Of a stretch of 64,000 nt of DNA, positions 28,153 to 38,650 are shown one piece after another. The stretch is from a virus (Duplodnaviria; Caudoviricetes), in IMG/VR virus record IMGVR_UViG_2862481585_000002, positions 1 through 64,000 of that record, one strand, 5' to 3'. Within the stretch, counting starts at the first letter, position 1; every line of letters begins with the position of its first letter. A program made the translations under genes and the position numbers. Below the pieces are notes generated by a model. That model saw nothing but the letters and a program-made list of their open reading frames with translations. It did not search any database and was not told where the DNA came from.

Positions 28153-28772
28153 TGGCGGGATATCTGACCCAGGTCGCGGAGCGTGCTGCGCTCCAGCTCG
28201 TGACGTCCACTGCCACCACGGCGCAGGTACCGTCCCCCACCGTGTTGCGGTCGTACCTCGTCAAGCTGTACCAGCAACAGGGGCTGTCGGGGGTCGCCTT
28301 CTACTTGCCTGTGGCCTTCCTAAACGAGTTTTCGGCGCAGACCAAGGCCGACACTAGCGGCGCCTGGCTGAACGGGCTCACCACCGGCCGCACAGACGGT
28401 ACGGGCACGCTGTACCTGGCTCTGCTGACCAGTGATCCGGGCCGGCGGACGGCGATGACCGACATGGCGGCCGTCGAGATCACCGCCACCGGGTACAGCC
28501 GGCAGCCGCTGCCTTTCTCCGTGGCCACGTCACCACTTGGCGGCGGGTCGAGCGTCAGCAATTCGGCCCCCGTGTTCTTTGGACCGTTCACGGCCAGTGG
28601 GGGAATGGGAGCCGTCGCCACACACGCAGCGCTGGTCAGCGCGGCCACGGGCACGGGCGGTGGGGTGATGGCGGTCTGGCAACTCGACACACCTGTTTCC
28701 GCCTCGCAGAACGAGAACCTCATGCTGAGCACGGCTGGCTTGGCAGTTGGGTTGGACTCATGGCAGAACTGA
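28152..28772 (+). CDS. Virion structural protein, paralog B
   Basis: TGATG coupling; same motifs as the previous gene. Confidence 0.75.
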   Translation: MAGYLTQVAERAALQLVTSTATTAQVPSPTVLRSYLVKLYQQQGLSGVAFYLPVAFLNEFSAQTKADTSGAWLNGLTTGRTDGTGTLYLALLTSDPGRRTAMTDMAAVEITATGYSRQPLPFSVATSPLGGGSSVSNSAPVFFGPFTASGGMGAVATHAALVSAATGTGGGVMAVWQLDTPVSASQNENLMLSTAGLAVGLDSWQN

Positions 28773-29578
28773 CTAGGCTCCTCTCTCGAATACGCGGAGA
28801 GCTAGGCGACTTCGGCACCAGTTTCCGCGACGTGCTCTCTGGGACAGGAGAGCTGACGGATTACGACCTGAGCGCGGTCAACGTCACCCTGACCCGCGTC
28901 AGCGTGCTGAACGGCGGGACGCTGACCGACCTGGTAGTCGGCACCGACTACCGTGTGGACGGGCGCGAGGGTCGCGTCACGCTCCTCGGCAGCCGCGCTC
29001 CACTCCCACTCGGCCAGGTCCTCATCGTTGAGGGCGCGGCTGCCGGCATGTTCACCGACGAGGAACTCACCCAGCACCTGCGCGACGCCGAGCTCCAGCA
29101 CTGCCACAACAGGCACGTCACGGTCAGGTACCGCAGCAAGAACGGGTTCATCCGCTACGCCGATGAGCCGCTCACGCTGGAGAACCTGCCGGATGTCGAG
29201 GAGCTGCCGGTCGTACTGCTCACCGTCATCAACGCCCTCTGGGCGGTGGCGACGGACGCTTCGTCGGACGTGAACATATCCACGGGCGAGGGCACCCACG
29301 TCGACCGCGGACAGCGATACACGCAGGTCCTTCACCAGATCTCGGTCCTCACCGATCGGTACGAGGAACTCTGCCGACAGTTGAACATCGGCCTGTTCCG
29401 CATCGAAATGGCGACGCTGCGCCGTGTGTCTCGCACCACCGGCCGCTACGTGCCGATCTACGTCGACCGCGAGTTCGACGACCACGCCTACCCCGAGCGC
29501 GTCCTGCCGCAGATCGACAAGCACGACGTCGACCCGTCTGGCATCCCCAACCCGACCTATCCGGGGTGGGCTGCATGA
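28760..29578 (+). CDS. Head-tail connector-like protein
   Basis: RIR.ELGD start and MFTDEEL motif typical of neck/adaptor proteins; position. Confidence 0.65.
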   Translation: MAELTRLLSRIRGELGDFGTSFRDVLSGTGELTDYDLSAVNVTLTRVSVLNGGTLTDLVVGTDYRVDGREGRVTLLGSRAPLPLGQVLIVEGAAAGMFTDEELTQHLRDAELQHCHNRHVTVRYRSKNGFIRYADEPLTLENLPDVEELPVVLLTVINALWAVATDASSDVNISTGEGTHVDRGQRYTQVLHQISVLTDRYEELCRQLNIGLFRIEMATLRRVSRTTGRYVPIYVDREFDDHAYPERVLPQIDKHDVDPSGIPNPTYPGWAA

Positions 29579-30105
29579 GCCGAGCCGACTGGAAACGGGG
29601 ACGGTTCAGCGCAACCGAGGAGACCGAGCGCATCGACCGCGGCCTACGGGCCTGGCAGCGCCACATGGGAGACGTCATCTCCTGGTGGCGCTTCTCCCAC
29701 TTGCGCTCGGTCTCCCACGATATCTACGACGAGGGAGACGCAGGCGGCCTGGCCTACGACGGGCCATGGCCGGTGCCTGTCCTGCACGCCACGCACGTGG
29801 AAAAGGGCGACCAGGAGAGCGACCGCGGTTTCTACACCGTCGACACCCTGGACGTCACCGCCAGCTTCGACCAGGTCCAGAAGACCGGCATCACCCAGGC
29901 CGACATCCATCACGACCGCTACCTCCGGGACCGCATCGCCTACGACGGCAGGCTCTTCCGGATCACCCAGATGAGCATCCTCGGCCAGATCCGTCGCGCA
30001 GACGTACTCGTCTCGATCACGGCCGTCGAGGTCAAGCCCGACGAGATCACCGCGGACAGCGTCTTCGCGCAGTACATCCCCGCGCAGGGAGCCGGCGAAC
30101 GCTGA
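29575..30105 (+). CDS. Head closure / neck protein (putative)
   Basis: DRIAYDGRLFRI motif; position. Confidence 0.6.
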   Translation: MSRADWKRGRFSATEETERIDRGLRAWQRHMGDVISWWRFSHLRSVSHDIYDEGDAGGLAYDGPWPVPVLHATHVEKGDQESDRGFYTVDTLDVTASFDQVQKTGITQADIHHDRYLRDRIAYDGRLFRITQMSILGQIRRADVLVSITAVEVKPDEITADSVFAQYIPAQGAGER

Positions 30106-30126
30106 CCGGGCACAGCAAGGAGCACG

Positions 30127-31335
30127 ATGGCCCCCTACTCCTACCCGGACGCCTTCGTCCAGGAGCAACTGACCACCTTCGAGGACACCGCGTCCCTGTC
30201 CGCCGCAGACCTGCTCACGGTGGCCCTGGCCGACGCCCGATATCAGCGGCTCGGCCAGCCGGTGAACCTGTCCATACCGCTCAGCAGCGGGCCCGCGCTC
30301 ACCGTGCAGCAGGACACCGACTCCCAGCCGCGCATCGCCGTAAGCCCCGACGGGGAACTCACCTTCGGCGACGGCACCTCCGATCCGGACGTCGTACTGC
30401 GCCGCGTCGGACCGAGCACGCTCGCTGTCGTCGAGGGAACGCTTTCCCAAGGCGGCCAAGCCGTCCTCGACGCCTCAAAGGTCGGGGCCGCCAACGGCGT
30501 AGCCGCACTCGATGCCAACGGCCAGGTGCCCAGCGCCCAGCTCCCCCCGACGAACGTCGGCCTCAGCCAGGCACAGGCGGACGCCCGATACATCCTCAAG
30601 ACCTCGGCCGGCGCCGCGTCCGGTGTCGCCACACTCGACGCGTCCAGCAAGATCCCCACCGCTCAAGTTCCTGACCTCTCCGGGACCTACGTCGCGACCA
30701 GCACCCGCGGTGCGGCATCCGGCGTCGCCACGCTGGACTCCGCCTCCAAGGTGCCCGTCTCTCAGATCCCGGACCTCGCCAACACCTACGTCACCGCCAG
30801 TACCAACCTCGACAACCAGTACGGCCCCGGTGACCACGGCATGTTCACATGGTCATGCGGTCTTGAGCACCTCCGAAGCAGCGGCCAGCCGGAGTCCGGC
30901 GGCGTCCGCATGATCAAGGTCCGGCTCAAGCGGCCGGTCACCATCGGCTGGATCTGGATGCACCTGACATCCGGCGGCACCTCGCTCACGGCCAACCAGT
31001 GCTTCGCCGGCCTCTACACGACTGCCGGTGCCCGCGTTGCTGTCACGGCGGACCAGTCCACGGCCTGGTCCACGATCGGCGAAAAGAAGATGTCGCTGAC
31101 AACCCCGTACAACGCCGCGGCCGGCGACTACTTCATCGCGTTCGTGGCGAACGGGACGACCATCCCCCAGTTCACGGCCGCCAGCAACAACTCATCCTCG
31201 GGCCTCAACATGGGCGTTACAGGGGCTTCGCTCCGATTCGCCAACGGCCCGACTGGGCAAACCTCGCTCCCTGCGTCCATCAATATGGGAACCATTTCCC
31301 CCGGATCCGCCTCCTATTTCGTGGCGCTGTCATAA
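30127..31335 (+). CDS. Fibre-like virion protein with GVA(T)LD repeats
   Basis: Three GAA.GVA.LD..(K)VP..Q.P repeats and a beta-rich C-terminus. Confidence 0.7.
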   Translation: MAPYSYPDAFVQEQLTTFEDTASLSAADLLTVALADARYQRLGQPVNLSIPLSSGPALTVQQDTDSQPRIAVSPDGELTFGDGTSDPDVVLRRVGPSTLAVVEGTLSQGGQAVLDASKVGAANGVAALDANGQVPSAQLPPTNVGLSQAQADARYILKTSAGAASGVATLDASSKIPTAQVPDLSGTYVATSTRGAASGVATLDSASKVPVSQIPDLANTYVTASTNLDNQYGPGDHGMFTWSCGLEHLRSSGQPESGGVRMIKVRLKRPVTIGWIWMHLTSGGTSLTANQCFAGLYTTAGARVAVTADQSTAWSTIGEKKMSLTTPYNAAAGDYFIAFVANGTTIPQFTAASNNSSSGLNMGVTGASLRFANGPTGQTSLPASINMGTISPGSASYFVALS

Positions 31336-31417
31336 GGAACTGGGTTGTAACAGTTTTCTTTGATTACTGGCATTCTGATCGCGGAGGCTCGATGTCGTAG
31401 ACACCGGAAGGCGCGCA

Positions 31418-32002
31418 ATGCCCTGGATAGAGAATGAGGACGCCGCAATCAAGGCGAAGCTCCAGGGCATTTTCGTCAACGACACGAACACCCCTGCCGG
31501 CGGCCTTCCAGTCGACGTCCGATTTCGGCTCCCTGAGAACGAGTTGGCCACCGCCACCTTCCCGCTCATACTCATCGAGCGCACGCGCGCCGAGCCCGAC
31601 CACCAGGCGGAACACCGGGGGACGGTCGTACTCGGATACACCCCCGAAGGTCAGGACAGCGCCTCCACGTACCTGGCGACCGACCCCATCCCGTACCTGA
31701 TCGAGTACCAGGTCACCGTCTACGCAAGGAAGCAGCGGCACGCGGCGAACATCGCACACGCGCTGTCCGGGAGGGACTACCTCCATCCCCGGTGGGCCTA
31801 TCTGGAAGTGCCCGAAGACGGAACTGTCCGGCGTCTCGAAGTCGCCGGGGGACCAGAGTTTCACGATGGCCGTGACGCACAGGGAAAGCGCCTCTGGCAG
31901 GTCGATTACCTGATCCAGGTCAGCGCTGAGCTGCTCGACGAAATCGCAGCAATCAAGCCCGTCCAGACGGTCGAACTCAACACTCATCCCCTCGGCCACT
32001 AG
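31418..32002 (+). CDS. Tail terminator/completion protein (putative)
   Basis: Directly upstream of sheath; P.P..I.YQVT motif. Confidence 0.6.
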   Translation: MPWIENEDAAIKAKLQGIFVNDTNTPAGGLPVDVRFRLPENELATATFPLILIERTRAEPDHQAEHRGTVVLGYTPEGQDSASTYLATDPIPYLIEYQVTVYARKQRHAANIAHALSGRDYLHPRWAYLEVPEDGTVRRLEVAGGPEFHDGRDAQGKRLWQVDYLIQVSAELLDEIAAIKPVQTVELNTHPLGH

Positions 32003-32023
32003 GCCCCGAAGGAGCTTTTCACC

Positions 32024-33574
32024 ATGGCGACTTTCCTGCGCCCCGGCATCTACGTGGACGAGACGCTGGATGCGATCTCCAACCCTGTGGTCCAAACCCC
32101 AGGCGAGGCAATCGCTGCCTTCGTCGGAAGCCACAATTTCGGACCGGCGGTCCCCACCCTGGTCACGTCCTGGAGCCAGTTCGAGCAGGTGTACGGCGGC
32201 TGGGGCAACGGCACCGACCTGCTGCCCTACGCCGTCTACTCCTTTTTCAACAACGGCGGCGGAAAGGCGTACGTCGCACGAGCCGTTCCCTCGGACTCGG
32301 TGGCCGCCACGGTCACGCTCAACGACCGGCAGGCGACGCCCGAACCTGTTCTGAAGTTCACCGCGAAGGCGGCCGGAGCGTTCGGCAACCGGATCTACAT
32401 CGACATCACCAACTCCAACACGGGTGCCGGCCGGTTCAACTGCGCGATCAAGGTCGGCGGTACGACCGACGCGTACATCTCCGACCGCTACAACGACGTC
32501 TCACTGGACCCGGCGGACGCCCGCAACCTGGTCGCGATGGTCAACTCCCCGGTCAACGGCTCCGCTTTCGTTACTTCCGAGTACCTCGCCACCGACGCCT
32601 ACAGTGCGAGCATCACTCCTGCGCTCCAGAGCGCAACCCCGATGACCGGCGGCATCGACGGTGTCGCCGCGCCAGACCTCGTCGCCGCGACCAGGCAGCT
32701 CGAAGCGACCGGCGAGATCGTCAACGTCAACTTGCCCGGCGTGTCCGACACCACGATCCTCAACTCGGTCATCACCTGGGCCGAGGAGTACGGCTACGCC
32801 TTCGTCGTCGTGGACGCCCCGAAGACCGCCTCCCTCGACCCGGCAGCCGCGGTCACCGAGTACGCCAAGCTCTCCCCGGCCGCCAACAGCGGCTCGACGC
32901 CTGCCCCCCTGCGCTCCAGCTCCTACGCCGCCGTCTACGGTCCCTGGCTTCTCGCTGCCGACCCCTCCTCGGTCGCGCCGGGCGCCACGCGCCTGCTGCC
33001 GCCGGGCGGCGCAGTCCTGGGCAAGTACAGCGAGACCGACGTTCTCTACGGCCAGCAGCAGTCTGCCGCCGGCACGCTGAGCCGTCTCGTCGGGGTGTAC
33101 TCCACCGAGCTTCGCTTCTCCAACAGCCAGCTCGACAGCCTCAACGCCTGGGGCATCAACGTGATCCGCCAGGTCCCGCAAGCCGGTATCTGCATCATGG
33201 GTGCGCGCACGCTGAAGAGCGGCTACCCGGACCGGTACATCGCCGTCCGCCGGCTGCTCACGTACACCCGCAAGATCCTGGTCGACCTGACCCGGTCGGC
33301 TGTCTTCGCGCCCAATACGCCGGAGCTGTGGCACTCCATCGCGGCAAACGTCACTCAGCAGCTCACTGCCATGGCGCAGGCCGGCATGTTCGCCTCCGCC
33401 AGCCCCGACCAGGCGTTCGTCGTCGTCTGCGACGACACCAACAACACAACGACGACTGTGGACAACGGTGAGGTGCACATCGATGTCGGCGTCGCCGTGG
33501 CACGGCCGGCCGAGTACATCGCCATCCACATCAGTCAGTTCGACGGCGGCGCCACGGTCACCGAATCCGCGTGA
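32024..33574 (+). CDS. Contractile tail sheath protein
   Basis: RPGIYVDE, GINVIR..P..GI.IMGARTL, YIAVRR, PAEYI. Confidence 0.95.
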   Translation: MATFLRPGIYVDETLDAISNPVVQTPGEAIAAFVGSHNFGPAVPTLVTSWSQFEQVYGGWGNGTDLLPYAVYSFFNNGGGKAYVARAVPSDSVAATVTLNDRQATPEPVLKFTAKAAGAFGNRIYIDITNSNTGAGRFNCAIKVGGTTDAYISDRYNDVSLDPADARNLVAMVNSPVNGSAFVTSEYLATDAYSASITPALQSATPMTGGIDGVAAPDLVAATRQLEATGEIVNVNLPGVSDTTILNSVITWAEEYGYAFVVVDAPKTASLDPAAAVTEYAKLSPAANSGSTPAPLRSSSYAAVYGPWLLAADPSSVAPGATRLLPPGGAVLGKYSETDVLYGQQQSAAGTLSRLVGVYSTELRFSNSQLDSLNAWGINVIRQVPQAGICIMGARTLKSGYPDRYIAVRRLLTYTRKILVDLTRSAVFAPNTPELWHSIAANVTQQLTAMAQAGMFASASPDQAFVVVCDDTNNTTTTVDNGEVHIDVGVAVARPAEYIAIHISQFDGGATVTESA

Positions 33575-33690
33575 GTAAACGGGGCCGGATCGGCTGCACC
33601 GAGACCGGCCCCATCGGAAGCATTCTGAACCACCACTCGGCACCCAATTGGGAGAAACACCCGGTGCACTTCGTGCTACGGGAGTAGTGA

Positions 33691-34272
33691 ATGGCAACCC
33701 TCAAGACGGTGACCCAGAGCCAGAGCCTGGCCAGCCGGCAGACCGACCCTTTGCGGTCCTTCAAGTTTCACGTTCAGATCAGTCAGGTCGGAAAGCTCGC
33801 ATCGGCCTATCCAAAGCTCGGCTTCATGACCGTTTCCGGGCTCTCCGTGACCACTGACGTCATCGCTTACCGGGCCGGTGGGATGAACACCACCACCCAG
33901 AAGATGCCTGGGCAGAGTGACTTCAGTCCCGTCACCCTCTCCAAGGGGATGATGCCCGGCGACCAGAACCTCGTGAACTGGATGTATCAGCTATTCGACG
34001 TCATGCAGGGCAACGGTTCCGGTAGTGACACGGGCACCGAGTTCCGGGCCACGATCGACATCATGCTGATCGACCACCCGGTCACCAAGAACAAGGCTGC
34101 CGTGAAGGCGGTATGGCGGCTTTACAACGCCTGGCCCACGTCGGTCGCATTCGGCGATCTTGACGCCGGCAGTAACACATTCGCCGTTTCCCAGCTCACA
34201 TTTGCGCACGAGGGCTGGGACTTCAAGGTGGCCGACAAGTACGGCCCGAGCAGCTACGCGCAGATCAAGTAA
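33691..34272 (+). CDS. Tail tube protein (T4 gp19-like)
   Basis: DPLRSFKF, GF..VSGL, YR.GG, W.LYNAWP, L..HEGW. Confidence 0.92.
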   Translation: MATLKTVTQSQSLASRQTDPLRSFKFHVQISQVGKLASAYPKLGFMTVSGLSVTTDVIAYRAGGMNTTTQKMPGQSDFSPVTLSKGMMPGDQNLVNWMYQLFDVMQGNGSGSDTGTEFRATIDIMLIDHPVTKNKAAVKAVWRLYNAWPTSVAFGDLDAGSNTFAVSQLTFAHEGWDFKVADKYGPSSYAQIK

Positions 34273-34295
34273 GAACCGACACGAGGACACAACTC

Positions 34296-35150
34296 ATGAC
34301 CGATATGCATTACGACTGGACTTTCGACTCTCCCGACGGTGGCCGGCAGGTCGACGTCCTGGCCGACACCCAGGGTGCGACCGCCGCCATTCATTCGCTC
34401 CTGTCCGACTCCACCGAGGATCCGCCGGCCATCCCTGAGCCGGCTGACTGCCTGGTGACTCTGCCCGTAGGACTCGTCCGCGACGACGTCATCCTCACCG
34501 AGGCCGAAGTCCGGGAGCTCACGGGGTCGGACGAGGAAGCCCTCGCTCGCGTACGGGCCAACCCGCTGCGCCTCCTGGAGACGCTTCTGGAGCTCGGCAC
34601 CGTGCGCATCGGCGACGTGCCGGCCACCTCCGACGTCCTCCCTCAGCTCCTTCTGGGAGATCGAGATGCCCTGGTCATCGCCATCAGGCGGGTGACTTTC
34701 GGGGACGAGATGGAGTTCGACGAGATCAACTGCCCGAACTGCGGCGAGTACTTCTCGGCCACCATCTCCCTCGGTGCAATCCAGTCCCAGACCGCGCCCA
34801 TCGGCCGGCTCACCGTGCCCCTCCGCAAGGGCGGCTGCGCAATCGTCCGGTACCCGACGGGGGCGGATCAGGCGGCCATGCTGGCTAACGCTAAGGCAAC
34901 CAACGCCGAGCACAACAGCACGCTGCTGTCCCGCTGCCTGGTCGAGATACGCGATGCCGAAGGCAAGGTCACGCCAGGCGGAGCGGACGTGGTCGCGTCA
35001 CTCGGCATGGGTGACATCCGCACCATCCTCAAGCAGCTCGCCGCCACCCAGCCGGGCCCCCGCCTGCTGGAGACGACGATCGAGCACGAGGAGTGCGGAG
35101 GTGAGGTGCCGCTCCCGCTCAGCGTGGCCGACATCTTTCGCGATTTCTGA
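34296..35150 (+). CDS. Tail assembly chaperone / baseplate hub assembly protein
   Basis: VRELTG.DEE, GDRD.L...IR..TFG, CPNC; between tube and tape measure. Confidence 0.75.
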   Translation: MTDMHYDWTFDSPDGGRQVDVLADTQGATAAIHSLLSDSTEDPPAIPEPADCLVTLPVGLVRDDVILTEAEVRELTGSDEEALARVRANPLRLLETLLELGTVRIGDVPATSDVLPQLLLGDRDALVIAIRRVTFGDEMEFDEINCPNCGEYFSATISLGAIQSQTAPIGRLTVPLRKGGCAIVRYPTGADQAAMLANAKATNAEHNSTLLSRCLVEIRDAEGKVTPGGADVVASLGMGDIRTILKQLAATQPGPRLLETTIEHEECGGEVPLPLSVADIFRDF

Positions 35151-35307
35151 TGCCCGAGCAGCGCGGGCCGATTTCACGACGCTCGCCTACGCCCACCCGG
35201 AGTGGCAGCTCAGCGAGATCAGACAACTGACGGTTCAGGAACGCTGGTACTGGCGCGACCTGGCCGTATGGGTCAAGAACAGAAGGGAGGCGGCTTCCAG
35301 TGGCTGA
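35137..35307 (+). CDS. Tail chaperone extension, probably reached by +1 frameshift
   Basis: Coding-like YAHPEWQLSEIRQLTVQERWYW in the +1 frame fills the gap to the tape measure gene; no clear start codon. Confidence 0.55.
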   Translation, partial: FAISDARAARADFTTLAYAHPEWQLSEIRQLTVQERWYWRDLAVWVKNRREAASSG

Positions 35308-38300
35308 GAACGACGACATCCGGAATCAGGAGCCGAACTTCACGGGCCGCCTCCTCGGCACCAACGGAATGCAGCGGGCAGCCGACAAAGTGGCCCGCGA
35401 CATCGACAAGTTCGGCGCCCAGGTCGCCGCGCTCAACCGTGCCCTCCAAGGGGCGATCAACACCGCGTCCCAGGGCGCTGCCTACCGCGGCCAGCCGACT
35501 CTCGCATTCCCGCCGGCCAACCAGGGCACGCGGCTCTCCCCAGCCCCCGTCCACCATCCGCCGGCTAACACCGCCGCACCCATCGGCGGGTCGGCCACCA
35601 CGTTCACCCACCCCGTCACTGGTCGCGTCTACAGCGGGCCTATGGCGTCTCGCCTTTCAGACCGGTACGACGCCCAGGTCGGCCGCTCGAACTTGCAGGC
35701 ACAGGCTGCATACGCGCAAGCCCAGGCGCAACAGCAGCTCCGGAGCGCACAAGAGATTGCACGGCAGCAGTCGGCGCTTCGCCAGCAGCAGCGTCACGAC
35801 GCCCAGTTGCAGCGCGAGGCCCAGCGGCGTGCCCAGATGGATGCCCAGCGGGAGCAGCAGGCTGCCGCCGCCCAGGCCCGCTACCAGGCCCAGCAGAGTG
35901 CCGCAGGGGCGCGGTCCGGAGTCAATCCGGACCTTCAGGCCCGCTTCAGCGCTGCATCTCCGGAGCGCCGGGCTCAGGCGCGGCAGTCACGCCTGGACGC
36001 GTACTACGGCTCCCTCTTCGATGAGGCGATCCGCCGCCAGGATGCGGCAAACGTGCCGACGTGGGGCATGCGGGTCGGGCAGAGGATGTGGGCGTACAAC
36101 CGCACCACCGGCCTGTCGCGTGCCACCGTCTCAGGCAGTGGCTTGTACGTCACCCGCAACAACACCGTCTTCCAGATGGGTGGGGGCGGGGGTGCTCGTG
36201 GTGGCCAAGGAGGCAGTGGCGGAGGGAACGTCACCGTCCCGCCCTCTGGCGGCTTCAACCCGACAGTTCCTGCGGCCAACAGCAGCCCGACGCCTCCTGG
36301 CGGACAGGTAGCAGACTTCGGTGGTATGGCCGGCGGCGCCTATAAGGAGCTTGTCAAGTACGGCGACCGCATGCGCCCGCAGATGGAGGAGATGGACCGG
36401 TACACCAACTGGGCTGCCATCGCCTCGGGCGATACGCCGGCTGGCTACGACAAATGGGGCTGGAAGAACAAGATCCGGACGTCGTCCTACGGCACCGTCG
36501 TGGGCAAGTCGACCGAAGACGTCTCCAACGCGCAGTTCCTCCTCGACAAGAACTTCGGCCTCACCTTCGGCACCACAGCGCAGGCTGCCGCCCGTAACAA
36601 CGCCTTCGGTGCCGCATACGTTGCCGGCCTCGATGCCGAGACCGGCGCCAAGCTCTACTCCAGCACGTACAACCCCCAAGCGTCGCTGGCCGCTCAGCGG
36701 CTCGGCTTCGGACGAACGATCGGTCGCGGCGGCCAGGCCATGGGAATGGGGACGCTGGCGGACGGCATCATGAAGCGAACCTTCGGATCTACGTCCATCA
36801 CCGCGAAGAAGTTCGCGGCAGCCACAGCCAGCGGCCAGGCCCTCGACTGGAACTTGGACCAACTCGGAAAGGCATCAGGCTGGGACGACGCCACGGTCGA
36901 TAACCTGAAGGAGTACATGCGGGGCCGCAACACGCTGCTCCAGAAGTCAGGCATGTCGTCGGCGGAAGCCGACCAGCTCATCGCGGACGCATCGCACAGC
37001 GGCAAGAAGGGCGATGCGGCCCGGAAGACACTGACCAAGTACGGCGTCTCCGAAAGTCTGGGACAGGCGAGGAAGACCTTCGAGGCCCAGGAACGCCAGC
37101 ATGACGCGAACATGGGCAGCTCCTTCGCCCCCGCCATGGAGAACGCCACCAAGGCCGTCCAGAAGTTCGAGTCAGCGATCAACCACATCCTGGAGCTGCC
37201 CGGCATCAGGCAGATCGTCGGTGGCGGTGGCGCATGGGCTTCGGTCACCAAGGACCAGGTCAGTACGCTGAAGAGCGTCTGGGACTTCGGCAAGCGCCTC
37301 CTCCCGATCAACATTGGCGGTGGAGCCGGCGAACCCACGTCCAACAGCGGCGGGGACAAGAAGAAGAGCGACAAGCCGAGCACCGCCAAGGCAGGCAGCG
37401 TGGCCAACGGCAACGCGACCAAGGCCATCCAGACTGCGCTAGCCCAGGTCGGCGACCCCTACGTCTGGGGCGCCACGGGCCCAGACGCGTTCGACTGCTC
37501 CGGCCTCACCTCGTTCGCCTACCGCCAAGCCGGCATCGAGATCCCGCGCACCTCACAGCAACAGATGAAGGTCGGCGTCCGCGTGGACAAGGACGCCATC
37601 CAGCCCGGCGACCTCCTCTTCCCCAACCCCGGCCACGTCATGATGGCGCTCGGCGGCGGCAAACTCGTCGAGGCACCTCGCACTGGCCTCGACGTCCGCG
37701 TCCGTACCTTCAACCTCGGCGAGATCAAGGAAGTCCGCCGCGTCGCAAGCTCGGTAGGTGCCCTCGCGGAGTACAACACCAACAAGAAGCAGGACGACAA
37801 CGAGGCCGGCGCGGGAAACGCTGGTTGGTGGGGCGGAACGGGGGAGTCCTTCAGCCAGGAAGAGGTGGACGCCCTGTCCGCGTTTCTGTCCGGCGGCGGC
37901 GCCTACTCCATGGGCACCCGCTCGCAAGGGACAGACGAGTCCAGCAACAGCGCGGAGGACGTCACCACCAACGCCAAGAGCGCACCCGCCAACCCCAAGG
38001 GCAACGTCAAACTCGGCAAGAAGATGGCCGCGGACATGTTCGGGTGGACCGGCCCCCAGTGGGATGCGCTCTACCAACTGTGGCAGCACGAATCCAACTG
38101 GAACCACAAGGCCGGCAACCCGAGTTCCGGAGCGTACGGAATCCCCCAGGCCCTCCCGGCCACCAAGATGGCGTCGGAAGGATCGGACTACCGCACCAAC
38201 CCCGCAACCCAGATCAAGTGGGGTCTGAAGTACATCAAGGATCGCTACAAGACCCCCGCGAAGGCGTGGGCCTTCTGGCAGAACCCCACGGTGCACGTGC

Positions 38301-38650
38301 CCGGAGCCTCGAAGAACTGGTACGCCGCCGGGGCTTGGGACATCCCCGAGGATCAGGACGCCGTCGTCCACAAGGGCGAGATGATCATTCCTGCCGCCAA
38401 GGCAGAAACGATTCGTCAAGCACTGATCAAGGACTCCGTCAACGTCGTCTCGCCGGCTGGAGCTACCGCCTCGGCCGCCGCGGGAGGCACGCAGCCCGGC
38501 GGGGGAGTCTCCCTGTCCTTCGCCAAGGGCGCGATCCAGATCAACGTCAACGGCGCAATGTCCGACAGGGCTGCCTCCGACGCAGCCAAGCGTGTCGTGC
38601 ACTACATCGCTGCCGACGAACGCATCAAGAACCTCGGAGTGGGTGTCTGA
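35300..38650 (+). CDS. Tape measure protein with NlpC/P60 and lytic transglycosylase domains
   Basis: 1116 aa; PYVWGATGPDAFDCSGL (NlpC/P60); HESNWN...SGAYGIPQALP (SLT-like). Confidence 0.9.
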   Translation: MAENDDIRNQEPNFTGRLLGTNGMQRAADKVARDIDKFGAQVAALNRALQGAINTASQGAAYRGQPTLAFPPANQGTRLSPAPVHHPPANTAAPIGGSATTFTHPVTGRVYSGPMASRLSDRYDAQVGRSNLQAQAAYAQAQAQQQLRSAQEIARQQSALRQQQRHDAQLQREAQRRAQMDAQREQQAAAAQARYQAQQSAAGARSGVNPDLQARFSAASPERRAQARQSRLDAYYGSLFDEAIRRQDAANVPTWGMRVGQRMWAYNRTTGLSRATVSGSGLYVTRNNTVFQMGGGGGARGGQGGSGGGNVTVPPSGGFNPTVPAANSSPTPPGGQVADFGGMAGGAYKELVKYGDRMRPQMEEMDRYTNWAAIASGDTPAGYDKWGWKNKIRTSSYGTVVGKSTEDVSNAQFLLDKNFGLTFGTTAQAAARNNAFGAAYVAGLDAETGAKLYSSTYNPQASLAAQRLGFGRTIGRGGQAMGMGTLADGIMKRTFGSTSITAKKFAAATASGQALDWNLDQLGKASGWDDATVDNLKEYMRGRNTLLQKSGMSSAEADQLIADASHSGKKGDAARKTLTKYGVSESLGQARKTFEAQERQHDANMGSSFAPAMENATKAVQKFESAINHILELPGIRQIVGGGGAWASVTKDQVSTLKSVWDFGKRLLPINIGGGAGEPTSNSGGDKKKSDKPSTAKAGSVANGNATKAIQTALAQVGDPYVWGATGPDAFDCSGLTSFAYRQAGIEIPRTSQQQMKVGVRVDKDAIQPGDLLFPNPGHVMMALGGGKLVEAPRTGLDVRVRTFNLGEIKEVRRVASSVGALAEYNTNKKQDDNEAGAGNAGWWGGTGESFSQEEVDALSAFLSGGGAYSMGTRSQGTDESSNSAEDVTTNAKSAPANPKGNVKLGKKMAADMFGWTGPQWDALYQLWQHESNWNHKAGNPSSGAYGIPQALPATKMASEGSDYRTNPATQIKWGLKYIKDRYKTPAKAWAFWQNPTVHVPGASKNWYAAGAWDIPEDQDAVVHKGEMIIPAAKAETIRQALIKDSVNVVSPAGATASAAAGGTQPGGGVSLSFAKGAIQINVNGAMSDRAASDAAKRVVHYIAADERIKNLGVGV

